DNA of 64,000 bases from the NCBI GenBank assembly GCA_963750165.1, contig CAVVPN010000011.1:2240001-2304000 (forward strand), read 5' to 3'. Positions 1 through 9,273 of this stretch are shown piece by piece. Below the pieces are notes generated by a model that was given only the letters and a program-made list of their open reading frames with translations, was not told where the DNA came from and made no database searches. Position 1 is the stretch's first letter, and each line of letters opens with the position of its first letter. The stretch is from an uncultured Gemmataceae bacterium. Lineage in GTDB: Bacteria > Planctomycetota > Planctomycetia > Gemmatales > Gemmataceae. The position numbers and the translations under genes were made by a program.

Positions 1-967
1 CGTCGTGCTCGAACGCCTCCAGCGTGACCACGAGCAGCAGTGCCCCAAGTACCGACAGGCCCAGGCCGGAGAAGAACGCCCGGCGGTTGTTGCGGATCAG
101 CACCATCGAGCCGTTCAGCACCGTGATCGCGGCCGCCACGGCCATCTCCGACCACGCGAAGACGGACGCCGGCACCGTCTCCTGCATGTCGTCCCAGATT
201 TCCCGGGAGAAATCGGAGCGGACACTGCGCAGGATGGTGACCAGCAGGTAGACCAGCACCAGCAAGGTCAGGCCCACGGCGTAGCGGCGGAAGAACCGCC
301 AGCGCTCGGCCCCGTCCATGGGAGTGCGCTCGCTGCGGGCGGCCACGTCGCGGAACGATGGCCGCGGGATGCGCGACAGCATCCAGGTGGACAGCAGCAG
401 CGGTGGCACGAACAGCAGGCCGGTCAGGGCCGGCATCCAGAATTCGGAGACGCCGGCCTGGAGCAGGGCGTCGCCGGCCGAGCGGGTGACGCCGTCGGCG
501 ACGATGAAGCTGGCGCACAGCCCCGCGGCGAGGGCCTCGGTGTTGCGACGGCCTTCGAGGAAGCCCAGGACCATGCCGAACACCATGCCGAGCGGTACGC
601 CGTTGCAGAACAGCCAGAAGATGTTGAACGGCGGCGGCGTCAGCGCGAACAGCACCAGCCCGACCTCCGCGATGGCGATCAGCACCAGCAGCAGGGCGGC
701 GCGGCGGTGCGGCGGCACCTCGGCGACGACCTTGATGCCGAGGAATTTGGAGAGGGTGTAGCCGAGCACCTGGGCGGTGATGAGCCACGTCTTGTAGCCG
801 ACGCCAGCGAATGTCAACACGTCGTGGTAGTTGGCGGCGGTGAAGGGCTTGCGGAAGGCGTACATGCAGAAGTAGGCGCCGAAGCCGGCGACGAGGCACC
901 AGATCGACAGCGACCAGCCGCGCCTGTTTGAGAGCGACAGATCCTCCGCGCTGCTGAGTTCCTTCAT
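1..967 (-). CDS. DUF5690-like MFS-type membrane protein (3' end runs off the window)
   Basis: Hand translation of the minus strand from ATG at 967: MKELSSAEDL...WCLVAGFGAYFCMYAFRKPFTAA...LITAQVLGYTLSKFLGIKVVAE; multi-TM; GAGGAG RBS upstream. Absent from the ORF track because there is no stop in the window. Confidence 0.7.
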   Translation of the reverse strand, partial: MKELSSAEDLSLSNRRGWSLSIWCLVAGFGAYFCMYAFRKPFTAANYHDVLTFAGVGYKTWLITAQVLGYTLSKFLGIKVVAEVPPHRRAALLLVLIAIAEVGLVLFALTPPPFNIFWLFCNGVPLGMVFGMVLGFLEGRRNTEALAAGLCASFIVADGVTRSAGDALLQAGVSEFWMPALTGLLFVPPLLLSTWMLSRIPRPSFRDVAARSERTPMDGAERWRFFRRYAVGLTLLVLVYLLVTILRSVRSDFSREIWDDMQETVPASVFAWSEMAVAAAITVLNGSMVLIRNNRRAFFSGLGLSVLGALLLVVTLEAFEHD

Positions 968-998
968 TGGGACTCCTCGTTCAGGAAGCGCGCTAAGC

Positions 999-1171
999 TC
1001 GACTGATGCACTTTTTCGAGGGGGCGAGTTTCGGGAAAGCCAGGGATTTTCGGGGGTTTTGCATATTTTGAGACAGGCCGCACCCGATATGGGGTGTGCA
1101 AAAAGTCCTTCTCCAGCGTAAAACCGCAGAAAAACCTGGCAAATCCCCTTCCGAAAAAGTGCATCAGTCGA
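999..1171. mobile_element. MITE-like element with 20-bp perfect terminal inverted repeats
   Basis: TCGACTGATGCACTTTTTCG (999-1018) pairs with CGAAAAAGTGCATCAGTCGA (1152-1171); non-coding interior. Confidence 0.55.
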
Positions 1172-1173
1172 AC

Positions 1174-1298
1174 TAGAGCGGTTCGCGTTTGGGTAGCGCA
1201 CAAGTCGTGGGACGGCTCTCCAGAGCCGTCAGCGTTCTCCCGACGGCTCTGGAGAGCCGTCCCACGACTTGTAGACCACGCGACTGGGAACCGCTCTA
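1174..1298. repeat. REP doublet enclosed by TAGAGCGGTTC/GAACCGCTCTA inverted repeats
   Basis: Core GTGGGACGGCTCTCCAGAGCCGTC...GACGGCTCTGGAGAGCCGTCCCAC; the same core recurs at 4055-4104. Confidence 0.7.
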
Positions 1299-1391
1299 AG
1301 CGCGTTCGGAAACAAAGACGACTCGTCCGAGCCGCGCACGCAGCGTATTCGCGGAGTAAGCGGCCACAGCGTCCCAACGCTTATCCAACGC

Positions 1392-3740
1392 TTACTCCGC
1401 TGCGCTGTGTGCGCGGCCCGGACGAAGCGCGGGCGACAACTTCTGCAACTGCCGCGGGACCGGCACCTGGTTCGGGATCCGCTGCTTCAGCCCGCCGGGC
1501 CCCTTCATCGGCCCTTGCCCTTTCGGGATCAGGCTCTCGTCCTTCTGCTTGCCGTCCTTCTCGACCACAATCCGCTCCGCGCCGATGTTGATCGCCAGGG
1601 CCCAGCCGAGCTGCTGCGCTTTAGCGAACGTCGTGTCTTTCTTGAGGAGTTCCAGGTACTCCGGGCTCAGGAGCTTGACGACGCGCGTCTTGCGCTTACC
1701 GACCTCCTCGGCATCGACCCACTGGCCGTCCTGGAGGTAGAACGCCCGCCGGCCGATGAGGTTGATGTTGTCGAAAGACGTGTCCTTGCCGCGGCGGTCG
1801 CGGTACGTGTTGGCGGCCTTCCCGGCGACGATCTGGGTCTGCAACTTGCGATCGTTGATCGCCTGGTTGACGGCCCACTGACCGGCCTGCTCCTTGCGGG
1901 CCATGGCCAGGCGCTTGCCCGCCTCGGCGACCAGCGCCCCGCCGCCACCCTTGAACCCGGCCGGCCCGGCCGCGGCGATGAACTCGGTGTACTCCGTCAC
2001 AATGCCGTACTGCTTGCTCAGCCGGACGACCTCCTCGACCAGCTCCTTGTTCGCTCCGCGCAGGCGGATTTCCTGGAGGAGATAGCCGATCTGCCGGGCG
2101 GCCCACAACGGAGCCAGGAACTCGTTGGTCGTCGCCGCCGCGCCACCGGGAAGGTCCGCCGCGACAGTGTACTTGACCGGCTGGCCGGCCAGCGTGCCGG
2201 CGATCGTGAAGGTGTGCTGGCCGCTCTTCTTGTAGCGGCCGACCATCATGATCTCACTGCCCTTGAACAGCACCGGCACTTTCGACGGCAGCACCTGCTG
2301 GGCGCCGGAGTCGCCGAACGACACCTTTACGCCGGACAGCAACGGGTGCGACAGACGGTCGTACAGGGCGGCGACCTTGTTGTCGAGTTCCTCCTTCGGC
2401 GCGAAGTACTCACTGGAGCCGTCGGTCACCTCGGCGAGCTGGTCGAGCAGGTGCGCGTTGACATCGTTGCCGACGCCCATGACGAAAATCCTGGTGCCGG
2501 CGTTCTGCTGCTTGACCTGCTCAATGATCTTTTCCGGCGAGCGCTCGCCAACGGTCGGCGCGCCGTCGGTGACGAAGATCATGATCCGCTCACGTCCCGC
2601 GGCGGCCTTGCCGGCCAGAGCCTTCCGGAGCGCGCCGGAAATGTTCGTCTGGCCGTGGGCGACGACATCCTCGACGAACACCCGGGCTCCCTTGAGGTTC
2701 TCCGGCGTGGCGTCCACGAGATCGTTCTTGAACGGCTTCACGTCGGTGCCAAAAGTGACGATGTTGAAACGGTCGGTCCTGTCGAGGTTCTGGATGCAGT
2801 AGTCGAGGGCGGCCCGGGCCTGCTCGATCTTTTCACCGCGCATCGAGCCGCTGGTGTCCATGACGAAGATGACATCCTTCAGGACCGCCCGCTGGGCGGC
2901 GGCCCCGGCCGGGTTGCCCAGCAGCATGAAGTAGCCGTCTTCCTTTTCCGAGGGGCGATAGGCCAGCACGCGCAGGCCGAGGGCGTCGGTGTCGGCCGCC
3001 CAGTAGAGGCGGAAGTCGTCCAGGCCGGTCCAGCGCTCGGCCTTGACGGTGGCCGTCGCCTCGGTGGGGGTTTTGCGCGTAATGGTTGTCGTGTGCGTCG
3101 GGCTGAAGATGGACCGCAGCGGCTGCTTGTCCGTGAGGTGGACATTGACGGTGACACGCTCGACCGGGGCCGCCGCAAAACTGGCGGCGGGCATCGGGCA
3201 GGTCAGCATGTGGACGCCCTGCGTGCGCTTGACCGCCATGTGGTACGTGATCGACAGTTTCCCCTTGCCGCCGAGGTTGACGGTGGGAACGAGGATCGCC
3301 GGCCGGCCGGTGAAGGCCAGTAACTTCGTCAGGCCGCTGCGGGCGATGGTCTCGTACACGGCCTGGGCCTTGGCAGGGTCAAGGAAGGTCGCGTCGCCGA
3401 GGAGCTTTGGCTCCGCTCCGAGCTTGCCCCAGGTGACCCGGATGCTCGCGCCGTTGACGCCGTCCGGCAGCGGGACGAGGCAGACGGTCGGGGTGGTCTT
3501 CTCCGGGCCGTCGATGACCTCCTCGACCTCGATCCGGGCCGCGTCCTTCGCCACGGTAACAGTCGCCGTGCTGAAGCGGATGGCGTAGCAGTGGCATGGC
3601 ACGCCCGGGGCCGGGGTGAATTTTTTCCCATCAAGCTGCCCGGGAACAAAGATCGGCCCGGCCTGAAGCGGTGCCGCCAGCAACAGGAACCCGGTTGCCA
3701 GCAGGAGCGCGGGAAGCGATCGGAAGCATGCGCGCGTCAT
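1392..3740 (-). CDS. Secreted VIT + vWA domain protein (inter-alpha-trypsin inhibitor-like)
   Basis: Signal peptide, MIDAS DTSGSM, FVTDG, GVGNDVNAHLL and LWAARQIGYLL motifs. Confidence 0.85.
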   Translation of the reverse strand: MTRACFRSLPALLLATGFLLLAAPLQAGPIFVPGQLDGKKFTPAPGVPCHCYAIRFSTATVTVAKDAARIEVEEVIDGPEKTTPTVCLVPLPDGVNGASIRVTWGKLGAEPKLLGDATFLDPAKAQAVYETIARSGLTKLLAFTGRPAILVPTVNLGGKGKLSITYHMAVKRTQGVHMLTCPMPAASFAAAPVERVTVNVHLTDKQPLRSIFSPTHTTTITRKTPTEATATVKAERWTGLDDFRLYWAADTDALGLRVLAYRPSEKEDGYFMLLGNPAGAAAQRAVLKDVIFVMDTSGSMRGEKIEQARAALDYCIQNLDRTDRFNIVTFGTDVKPFKNDLVDATPENLKGARVFVEDVVAHGQTNISGALRKALAGKAAAGRERIMIFVTDGAPTVGERSPEKIIEQVKQQNAGTRIFVMGVGNDVNAHLLDQLAEVTDGSSEYFAPKEELDNKVAALYDRLSHPLLSGVKVSFGDSGAQQVLPSKVPVLFKGSEIMMVGRYKKSGQHTFTIAGTLAGQPVKYTVAADLPGGAAATTNEFLAPLWAARQIGYLLQEIRLRGANKELVEEVVRLSKQYGIVTEYTEFIAAAGPAGFKGGGGALVAEAGKRLAMARKEQAGQWAVNQAINDRKLQTQIVAGKAANTYRDRRGKDTSFDNINLIGRRAFYLQDGQWVDAEEVGKRKTRVVKLLSPEYLELLKKDTTFAKAQQLGWALAINIGAERIVVEKDGKQKDESLIPKGQGPMKGPGGLKQRIPNQVPVPRQLQKLSPALRPGRAHSAAE

Positions 3741-4022
3741 CGTCGATCTCCCTTGCGTTTGGGTTGCGAGGACGGTCTCGTCGATTCAAGGCATTGTCGC
3801 AGAAAATAGCCTCGGAGGCGAGAAACCCAGGAGGTTCTTTACCAACTAGACGAGAGACGGCCCGGGATCGGCGGAAAAATGCAGAAAGAAAAGGAAAACC
3901 CGTCTCACCCCCCATTCGTGGCCGGGTGCCCGCAGATTCCCTACACCTGCGCTCCCGGAAGACTGTCCCAGGGGCGAATCATGGGAGCCTCTGACCGGCC
4001 CGGTGGGTCCGCAGCCCGTGTG

Positions 4023-4141
4023 ACGATTTTAAGGAGGCGCCGAACAACAACTTCGTAGGACGGCTCTCCAGAGCCGTCGGGACGGCTCTGGAGAGCCGTC
4101 CTACTCTTGGAAGTTGTTGTTCGGCGCCTCCTTAAAATCGT
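4023..4141. repeat. Long palindrome: REP doublet inside ~31-bp inverted repeats
   Basis: ACGATTTTAAGGAGGCGCCGAACAACAACTT...AAGTTGTTGTTCGGCGCCTCCTTAAAATCGT around GTAGGACGGCTCTCCAGAGCCGTC...CCTAC. Confidence 0.75.
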
Positions 4142-4357
4142 GTTATTGAAACCCGACCCGTTTTTTCTGCTCGGCCTGACCACCGGCGGCAATCGGGCAG
4201 GAGTGGGAGGCGCGCCGTGTGGCCCTGTGGCCAGGTGACTCGCGCCCCGCCCCTTCCCCCTTGCCCCCCGCCCCCCTGCTTCTAACGTAACCAGCAGGAA
4301 CCCCGGCCGCCCGGTCGGACCCGGAACGACCCCGCTTCGCTCAGTGGAAACGATGCC

Positions 4358-6174
4358 ATGATTCAGGCGTTGCAAGCCCCCGCCAGCAGTGCCGCCGGCG
4401 TTGTCTGGGATCTCGGCGATCTCTATCTCGGGCCCGATGACGGCCAGATCACGCAGGACCTTGACGAGGCTCTGCGCCGCGCCAGCGCTTCGAGCAGAAC
4501 TATCGCGGCCAGATCAACGTCCCGGGCGGCCCCGACCCCGAGACGCTGCGCACCGCCCTGGACGAGCTGGAAAGCCTGTCCGAGCAGATGGACCGCCCGG
4601 CGGTCTTCGCCGGTCTGCTGCACGCCGCCAAAACCGACGACCCCAAACACGGCGCCCTGCGCAGCCGCACTCTTGAGCAGCGCACCGTCATCAGCAAGCA
4701 CCTGATCTTCTTCGAACTGGAATGGGTCAAGTTGCCGGACGAGGCGGCGGGGCCGCTGCTGGAACGGCCGGAGCTGGCCCGGCACCGCCACTACCTGGAG
4801 AAGATGCGGCTGTTCCGGCCGCACTACCTGAGCGAGCCGGAAGAGAAAATCCTCAACGACAAGAGCGTCACCGGCAGCGCCGCCTTCGTGCGCCTGTTCG
4901 ACGAGACCGTGTCCACCATGCAGTTCCCCTTCGCGCTCAACGGCCAAACGGAACTGCTGTCGCAGCAGCAAATCCTCTCGAAGCTCTACGATCCCGACCG
5001 CGCCGCCCGCAAGGCCGCCGCCGAGGGCGTCACGCAGGGCCTGCAACAGAACGCCCGGCTGCTGACCTACGTGCTGAACACGCTGGTGCTCGACCACAAG
5101 ATCGACTGTGAGCTGAAAAAGTATCCGACGCCGATGGCGCCGCGCAACCTGGCCAACGAGATCAGTGACGCGGTGGTCGAGGCGTTGATGACCGCAACGG
5201 AGCGGCATTTCGGACTGGTGCAGCGCTACTACCGCCTCAAGGGCCGGCTGCTCGGCGTGGGCGAACTGTTCGACTACGACCGCTACGCGCCGCTGTTCGA
5301 CGACCTGCCGACGTGCGACTGGCCGCAGGCGCGGCGCACCGTCGAGGAGAGCTACCAGGCGTTCAGCCCGCGGGCCGGCGAGATCATCCGCGAGTTCTTT
5401 GACCGCCACTGGATCGACGCGGAACTGCGGCAGGGCAAGCGCGGCGGCGCCTTCAGCAGCAGCGCGGTGCCGAGCGTCCACCCGTACATCCTGATGAACT
5501 ACACCGACAAGCTGCGCGATGTGATGACGCTGGCGCACGAGCTGGGCCACGGTCTGCACCAGTACCTGTCGCGGCCGGTCGGCTACCTGCAGTGCGACAC
5601 GCCGTTGACCACGGCGGAGACCGCCAGTGTTTTCGGCGAAATGCTGACGTTTCAACGGTTGCAGCAGATTTACCACGACCCGCGCACGCGGCTGGCGCTG
5701 CTGTGCAGCAAGATCGAGGACGGCTTCGCGACGGTGTTCCGCCAGGTGGTGCTGACGCGCTTCGAGCAGGCCGTACACCGGGCGCGGCGCGAGCAGGGCG
5801 AACTGCCGACGGAACAGATCAACGCATTATGGATGAACGCCAACCAGCCGATGTTCGGCGACGTGGTGAAGTTGACGGACGGTTACGGCTGGTGGTGGTC
5901 GTACATCGGCCACTTCATCCACTCGCCGTTCTATTGCTACGCCTATGCGTTTGGCGAATTGCTGGTGCTGGCGCTGGTGCAGAAGTACAAGCAGGAGGGG
6001 CCGAAATTCGTGCCGGGCTACCTGGACTTTTTGGCCAGCGGCGGCTCGGACAAGCCGGATGTGCTGGTGAGCCGGCTCGGCGTGGATGTGACGGACCCGG
6101 CGTTCTGGGAGCTGGGGCTGCGGCTGCTCGGCGACATGGTGGGCGAGGCCGAGGCGCTGGCGAAGCAGTTGTAA
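4358..6174 (+). CDS. pepF: M3 family oligoendopeptidase (PepF-like), frameshift near 4485
   Basis: N-terminal WDLGDLY is in ORF 4358; the body in ORF 4588 has GKRGGAF, HELGH, AETAS and HFIHSPFYCYAY. Confidence 0.85.
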
Positions 6175-6175
6175 G

Positions 6176-6247
6176 TATCCTGGCTCGGAATCGAACCGAG
6201 ATCTGGACCTTCGGAGAGTCCGGTGTTGTCCGTTACACCACCAGGAT
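6176..6247 (-). tRNA. tRNA-Arg(CCG)
   Basis: ATCCTGG/CCAGGAT acceptor; anticodon arm GGACT-CTCCGAA-GGTCC; T loop TTCGATT. Confidence 0.85.
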
Positions 6248-6252
6248 GCAAG

Positions 6253-6327
6253 AGCCGACGGCCGGGGTCGAACCGGCATGGGCCCGCTTACGAGACGGGT
6301 GCCTTTCCAATGTCGAGCCACGTCGGC
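6253..6327 (-). tRNA. tRNA-Thr(CGT)
   Basis: GCCGACG/CGTCGGC acceptor; CCCGT-CTCGTAA-GCGGG; GCCGG-TTCGACC-CCGGC. Confidence 0.85.
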
Positions 6328-6331
6328 ACAG

Positions 6332-6393
6332 CAGAAGCGCAAGGATTCGAACCCTGTGCAGCAGTTTTGGAGGCTGCCTGCTCTCCCAGGAGC
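6332..6393 (-). tRNA. tRNA-Trp(CCA), 3' part (interrupted by the integrated element)
   Basis: D arm GCTC..GAGC, anticodon loop CTCCAAA, CAGGG-TTCGAAT-CCTTG, 3' acceptor CGCTTCT-G; the matching 5' strand AGAAGCG lies at 30546-30552. Confidence 0.85.
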
Positions 6394-6469
6394 TTGCACT
6401 TTCTCCAATCATGACGTACATTCATTTGACGAGGTTCGCGCTTTTCCTTACACTCCGAGGGGGCTGGAT

Positions 6470-8088
6470 ATGAAATCAAAGCAGGATGCAACCATGCCGC
6501 AGCGTGCCTATAGCTATCGCCGCGTCTCCGATCCCTACAGCAAGGACGGCATCGACCGCCAGGAGGATTACGCCACCGCCCTGGCCGTCAAACACGGCTG
6601 GTGTCTGGACGACACCTTGCTCTTTACCGACCGCGGCCGCAGCGGCTTCCACGGCCACAACCGCAAGCCGACCGCGGCCCTCACGCAGTTCCTGGACCTG
6701 GTGAAGCGCGGCCGCATTGCCCCGGGTTCGGTACTCATCATCGAGAACATTGACCGGCTCAGCCGCCAGGAAGTGGACATCGCCTACGACCTCTTCCGCG
6801 ACATCCTCAAGGCCGGCGTCTGGATCGCCACGCAGACGCCCGAGCGCATCTACCGGCCCGGCGTCAGTTCGTTCATGGACCTGATGGAACCTATCTGGCT
6901 CATGTACCTGGCGCACGCCGAGAGTCTGAAGAAGTCGGAGCGTACAAAACACGCCTGGATCACTGCTCGCCGCAAGGCCCGCGAGCAGAAGACGCCGCAC
7001 GGCAACCTGCCGCCCTGCTGGCTGCGGAAGTTGCCGACCGGTTATCACTTCATCCCCGAGCGCGTCGCCGCCGTCCGCCGCGCCGTGCAACTTCTCACCG
7101 AGGGGTACGGCTTCCGCCGCGCCTGCCAGCAACTGGAAGTCGAGGGAATCGAGGCCCCCACCATGGAACTGGTCAACCGTCCGAAGAAGGTCAAGTCGCC
7201 GCAGCCGCCGCGCCAGGTGCGCGGAAAATGGGACCGCAAATTCCTGGCGGACCTGGTGCAGACGCGCGTGCTGCTCGGCGAGTTCGCGCCCTGGGCGAGC
7301 CGCCGATCCCCGGATATTACCCAGCACTCCTGACCGAAGACGAGTGGCTCGCCCTCGGCGGTGCCGTGGCCGGCCGTAAGAACCACAGCGGCCGGCCGAC
7401 CGGCAAGCACCGCTTCAACCTGTTCACCGGCTTTATCACCGACGCGGCCGGCAACGCGCTCCACCTCCAAACCCCGTTTCCGCTGGACGACCGGCTCAGC
7501 TATCTGGCCGGCCCGGGGAAAGGCGCCGTCCGCGTCCGCTACCAGGACGCGGAAGACGGCATCCTTGACGCGCTCGCCATGCTCCGTGTCGAAGACGTAA
7601 TCGAGCCGACTGCCCAGCATCTGGAGCGCGAGCGGAGGATTGCGGAATTGACCACGCGTCGCGTGGCCCTCGACCATCGCCGCCAACTGCTGGTTGCCGC
7701 CGCCGCCGACCCCGACGAGGACCTGGCGACCAACCAGGCGGCGCGCAAGGCCGTGGCGGACGCCCTGGCGACGCTGGAAGAGGAGTTGCGCCGCCTGAAA
7801 CTGGAAAGCCAGACGGGCAAGGCCGAGCACCTATCCGAGACGCAGACGCTCGCCCAACTCTACCGGGCCGCCGCCGGCGACGAAAAAGCCGAACTGGCCC
7901 GCCGCATCAAGGCCGCGCTCCCCGCCGTTGTCCGCGGGATTACTGTGGAGGCCGTGAAGGTGAGCGCCAAGCGGCAGCGGACGCGCGTCACGATCGAGTT
8001 GCGGGGCGGCGGCCGCCGGGCCTTCGTACTCTTGCCCGGGGAACATACGCCACTTCACATTGATGCCCTAGCTTCCGAAGACAGCTAA
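6470..8088 (+). CDS. Large serine recombinase/integrase, frameshift near 7290
   Basis: AYSYRRVS catalytic motif, DRGRSG, IENIDRLSR; continues as PIPGYYPALLTEDEW plus coiled coil in ORF 7228-8088. Confidence 0.9.
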
Positions 8089-8284
8089 CCGCCAATGCGC
8101 AATCGGCGTAGGCGTCCGGCAGTTTTCGGAACTGCCGGGCGCCCGCCACGGACTGCACCCACCCGTCGGCCCCGTCCCAGAACAGCCCCGCCGCACTCAG
8201 CACCACAAAGCAATTCTCGACCATCGGCGTCTCTCCCACGCGGGCGACGCCCCAATCCTGCCGCCGGCCCACGATCCCGTCCAC
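7988..8284 (-). CDS. Small hypothetical protein
   Basis: Protein-like composition (FVVLSAAGLFWDG...CEVAYVP), but it overlaps the integrase 3' end by ~100 nt. Confidence 0.35.
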   Translation of the reverse strand: MDGIVGRRQDWGVARVGETPMVENCFVVLSAAGLFWDGADGWVQSVAGARQFRKLPDAYADCALAVSCLRKLGHQCEVAYVPRARVRRPGGRRPATRS

Positions 8285-8416
8285 CCCGCCGCCGCCGCGG
8301 CGGCCGAAACCCGCCGCCCTGTTTTCGGCCGACCGTCAAACCGGCACACCTCGACAACCCGGCGCATCTCAACATCTTCGGGGCCACCCCACCGCCGCCG
8401 GAAAAATTCCGGCGGA

Positions 8417-8904
8417 TGGCAGAGCTTGCCGCTCAGGCAATTCGGCTAAGCCGAGTAAATTTAGACGGGAGACGTGCGCGTCTCGTTGGCGACGGTTCGA
8501 CAAGCAGGCCGTGGCCGAGCTGCGCCGCCAGGGCAAGAGCACGCGGCAGATCAGCGACGACCTCGGGGTGAGTGAAGCAACCGTGCGACGTGATTTGCAA
8601 GTAGCGTCAACTGCGTCATCGAATGACGCAGTTGACGCTATCACCGGCAAGGACGGCAAGGAATATCCCGCCTATCGGCCGGCCGTCACCTGCGTCATTC
8701 GATGACGCAGGTGACGGCATTACCGGCAAGGACGGAAAGAAGCGTCCCGCCCATCGGCCGGCCGTCACCCCCGAGCAGCGGGAGCGGCGGCGGGCCAGGT
8801 CCCGCCGACGTGCCCAGGCGGCCCGCCAGGAGCCACGGCGGCCCCAAGCCGGCTCAACGGACGCCCGGCGGCCGAGGCCGCCATACGCAAGCCCAGGGCA
8901 GTAG
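8417..8904 (+). pseudogene. Frameshifted HTH protein with repeated ITGKDGKxxPA motif
   Basis: HTH ELRRQGKSTRQISDDLGVSEATVRRDL; pieces lie in different frames (8417, 8511, 8623). Confidence 0.55.
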
Positions 8905-8987
8905 AAACACGACCCGGCCGCCCCCGAACGCAAACACTCGCCATGATGGGCAAAGAAACCCGCAGCCAACTCTGAAGAGGGCGCACG

Positions 8988-9194
8988 ATGACTACGATCA
9001 TGACTGCCGAGGTGGCGGCCTACCTGGACGACTTGCTCACCTGCGAGCAGGTGTGCGCGGAACTGGGCTGCAGCGCCCGCACGCTCCGCGAGTGGATTTC
9101 CAAGAAGCGGTTCCCCGAGCCGCTGAGGATCGGCAAGCGTTGCAGCCGGTGGCGCAGGTCGGACGTGGAGCAGTTCAAGCAGGCGCAGGGCTGA
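8988..9194 (+). CDS. AlpA/excisionase-like HTH regulator
   Basis: LLTCEQVCAELGCSARTLREWISKKRFPEPLRIGKRCSRWRRSDV. Confidence 0.85.
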   Translation: MTTIMTAEVAAYLDDLLTCEQVCAELGCSARTLREWISKKRFPEPLRIGKRCSRWRRSDVEQFKQAQG

Positions 9195-9273
9195 CCGGAG
9201 GACGGGCACGTCAAACAAAAACGCCGGCAGGGTGCACTACTACCCTACCGGCGCGAAAAGAGGTACTGCCAAG

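Noticed and set aside
5..931. 308-aa plus-strand ORF
   Set aside because: Antisense shadow of the minus-strand membrane protein gene.
6278..6469. N-terminal extension of the integrase ORF
   Set aside because: It overlaps tRNA genes and the att site; the real start is 6470 or 6494.
8611..8768. Possible CRISPR array
   Set aside because: Only two units, the 'spacers' resemble each other, and there are no cas genes.
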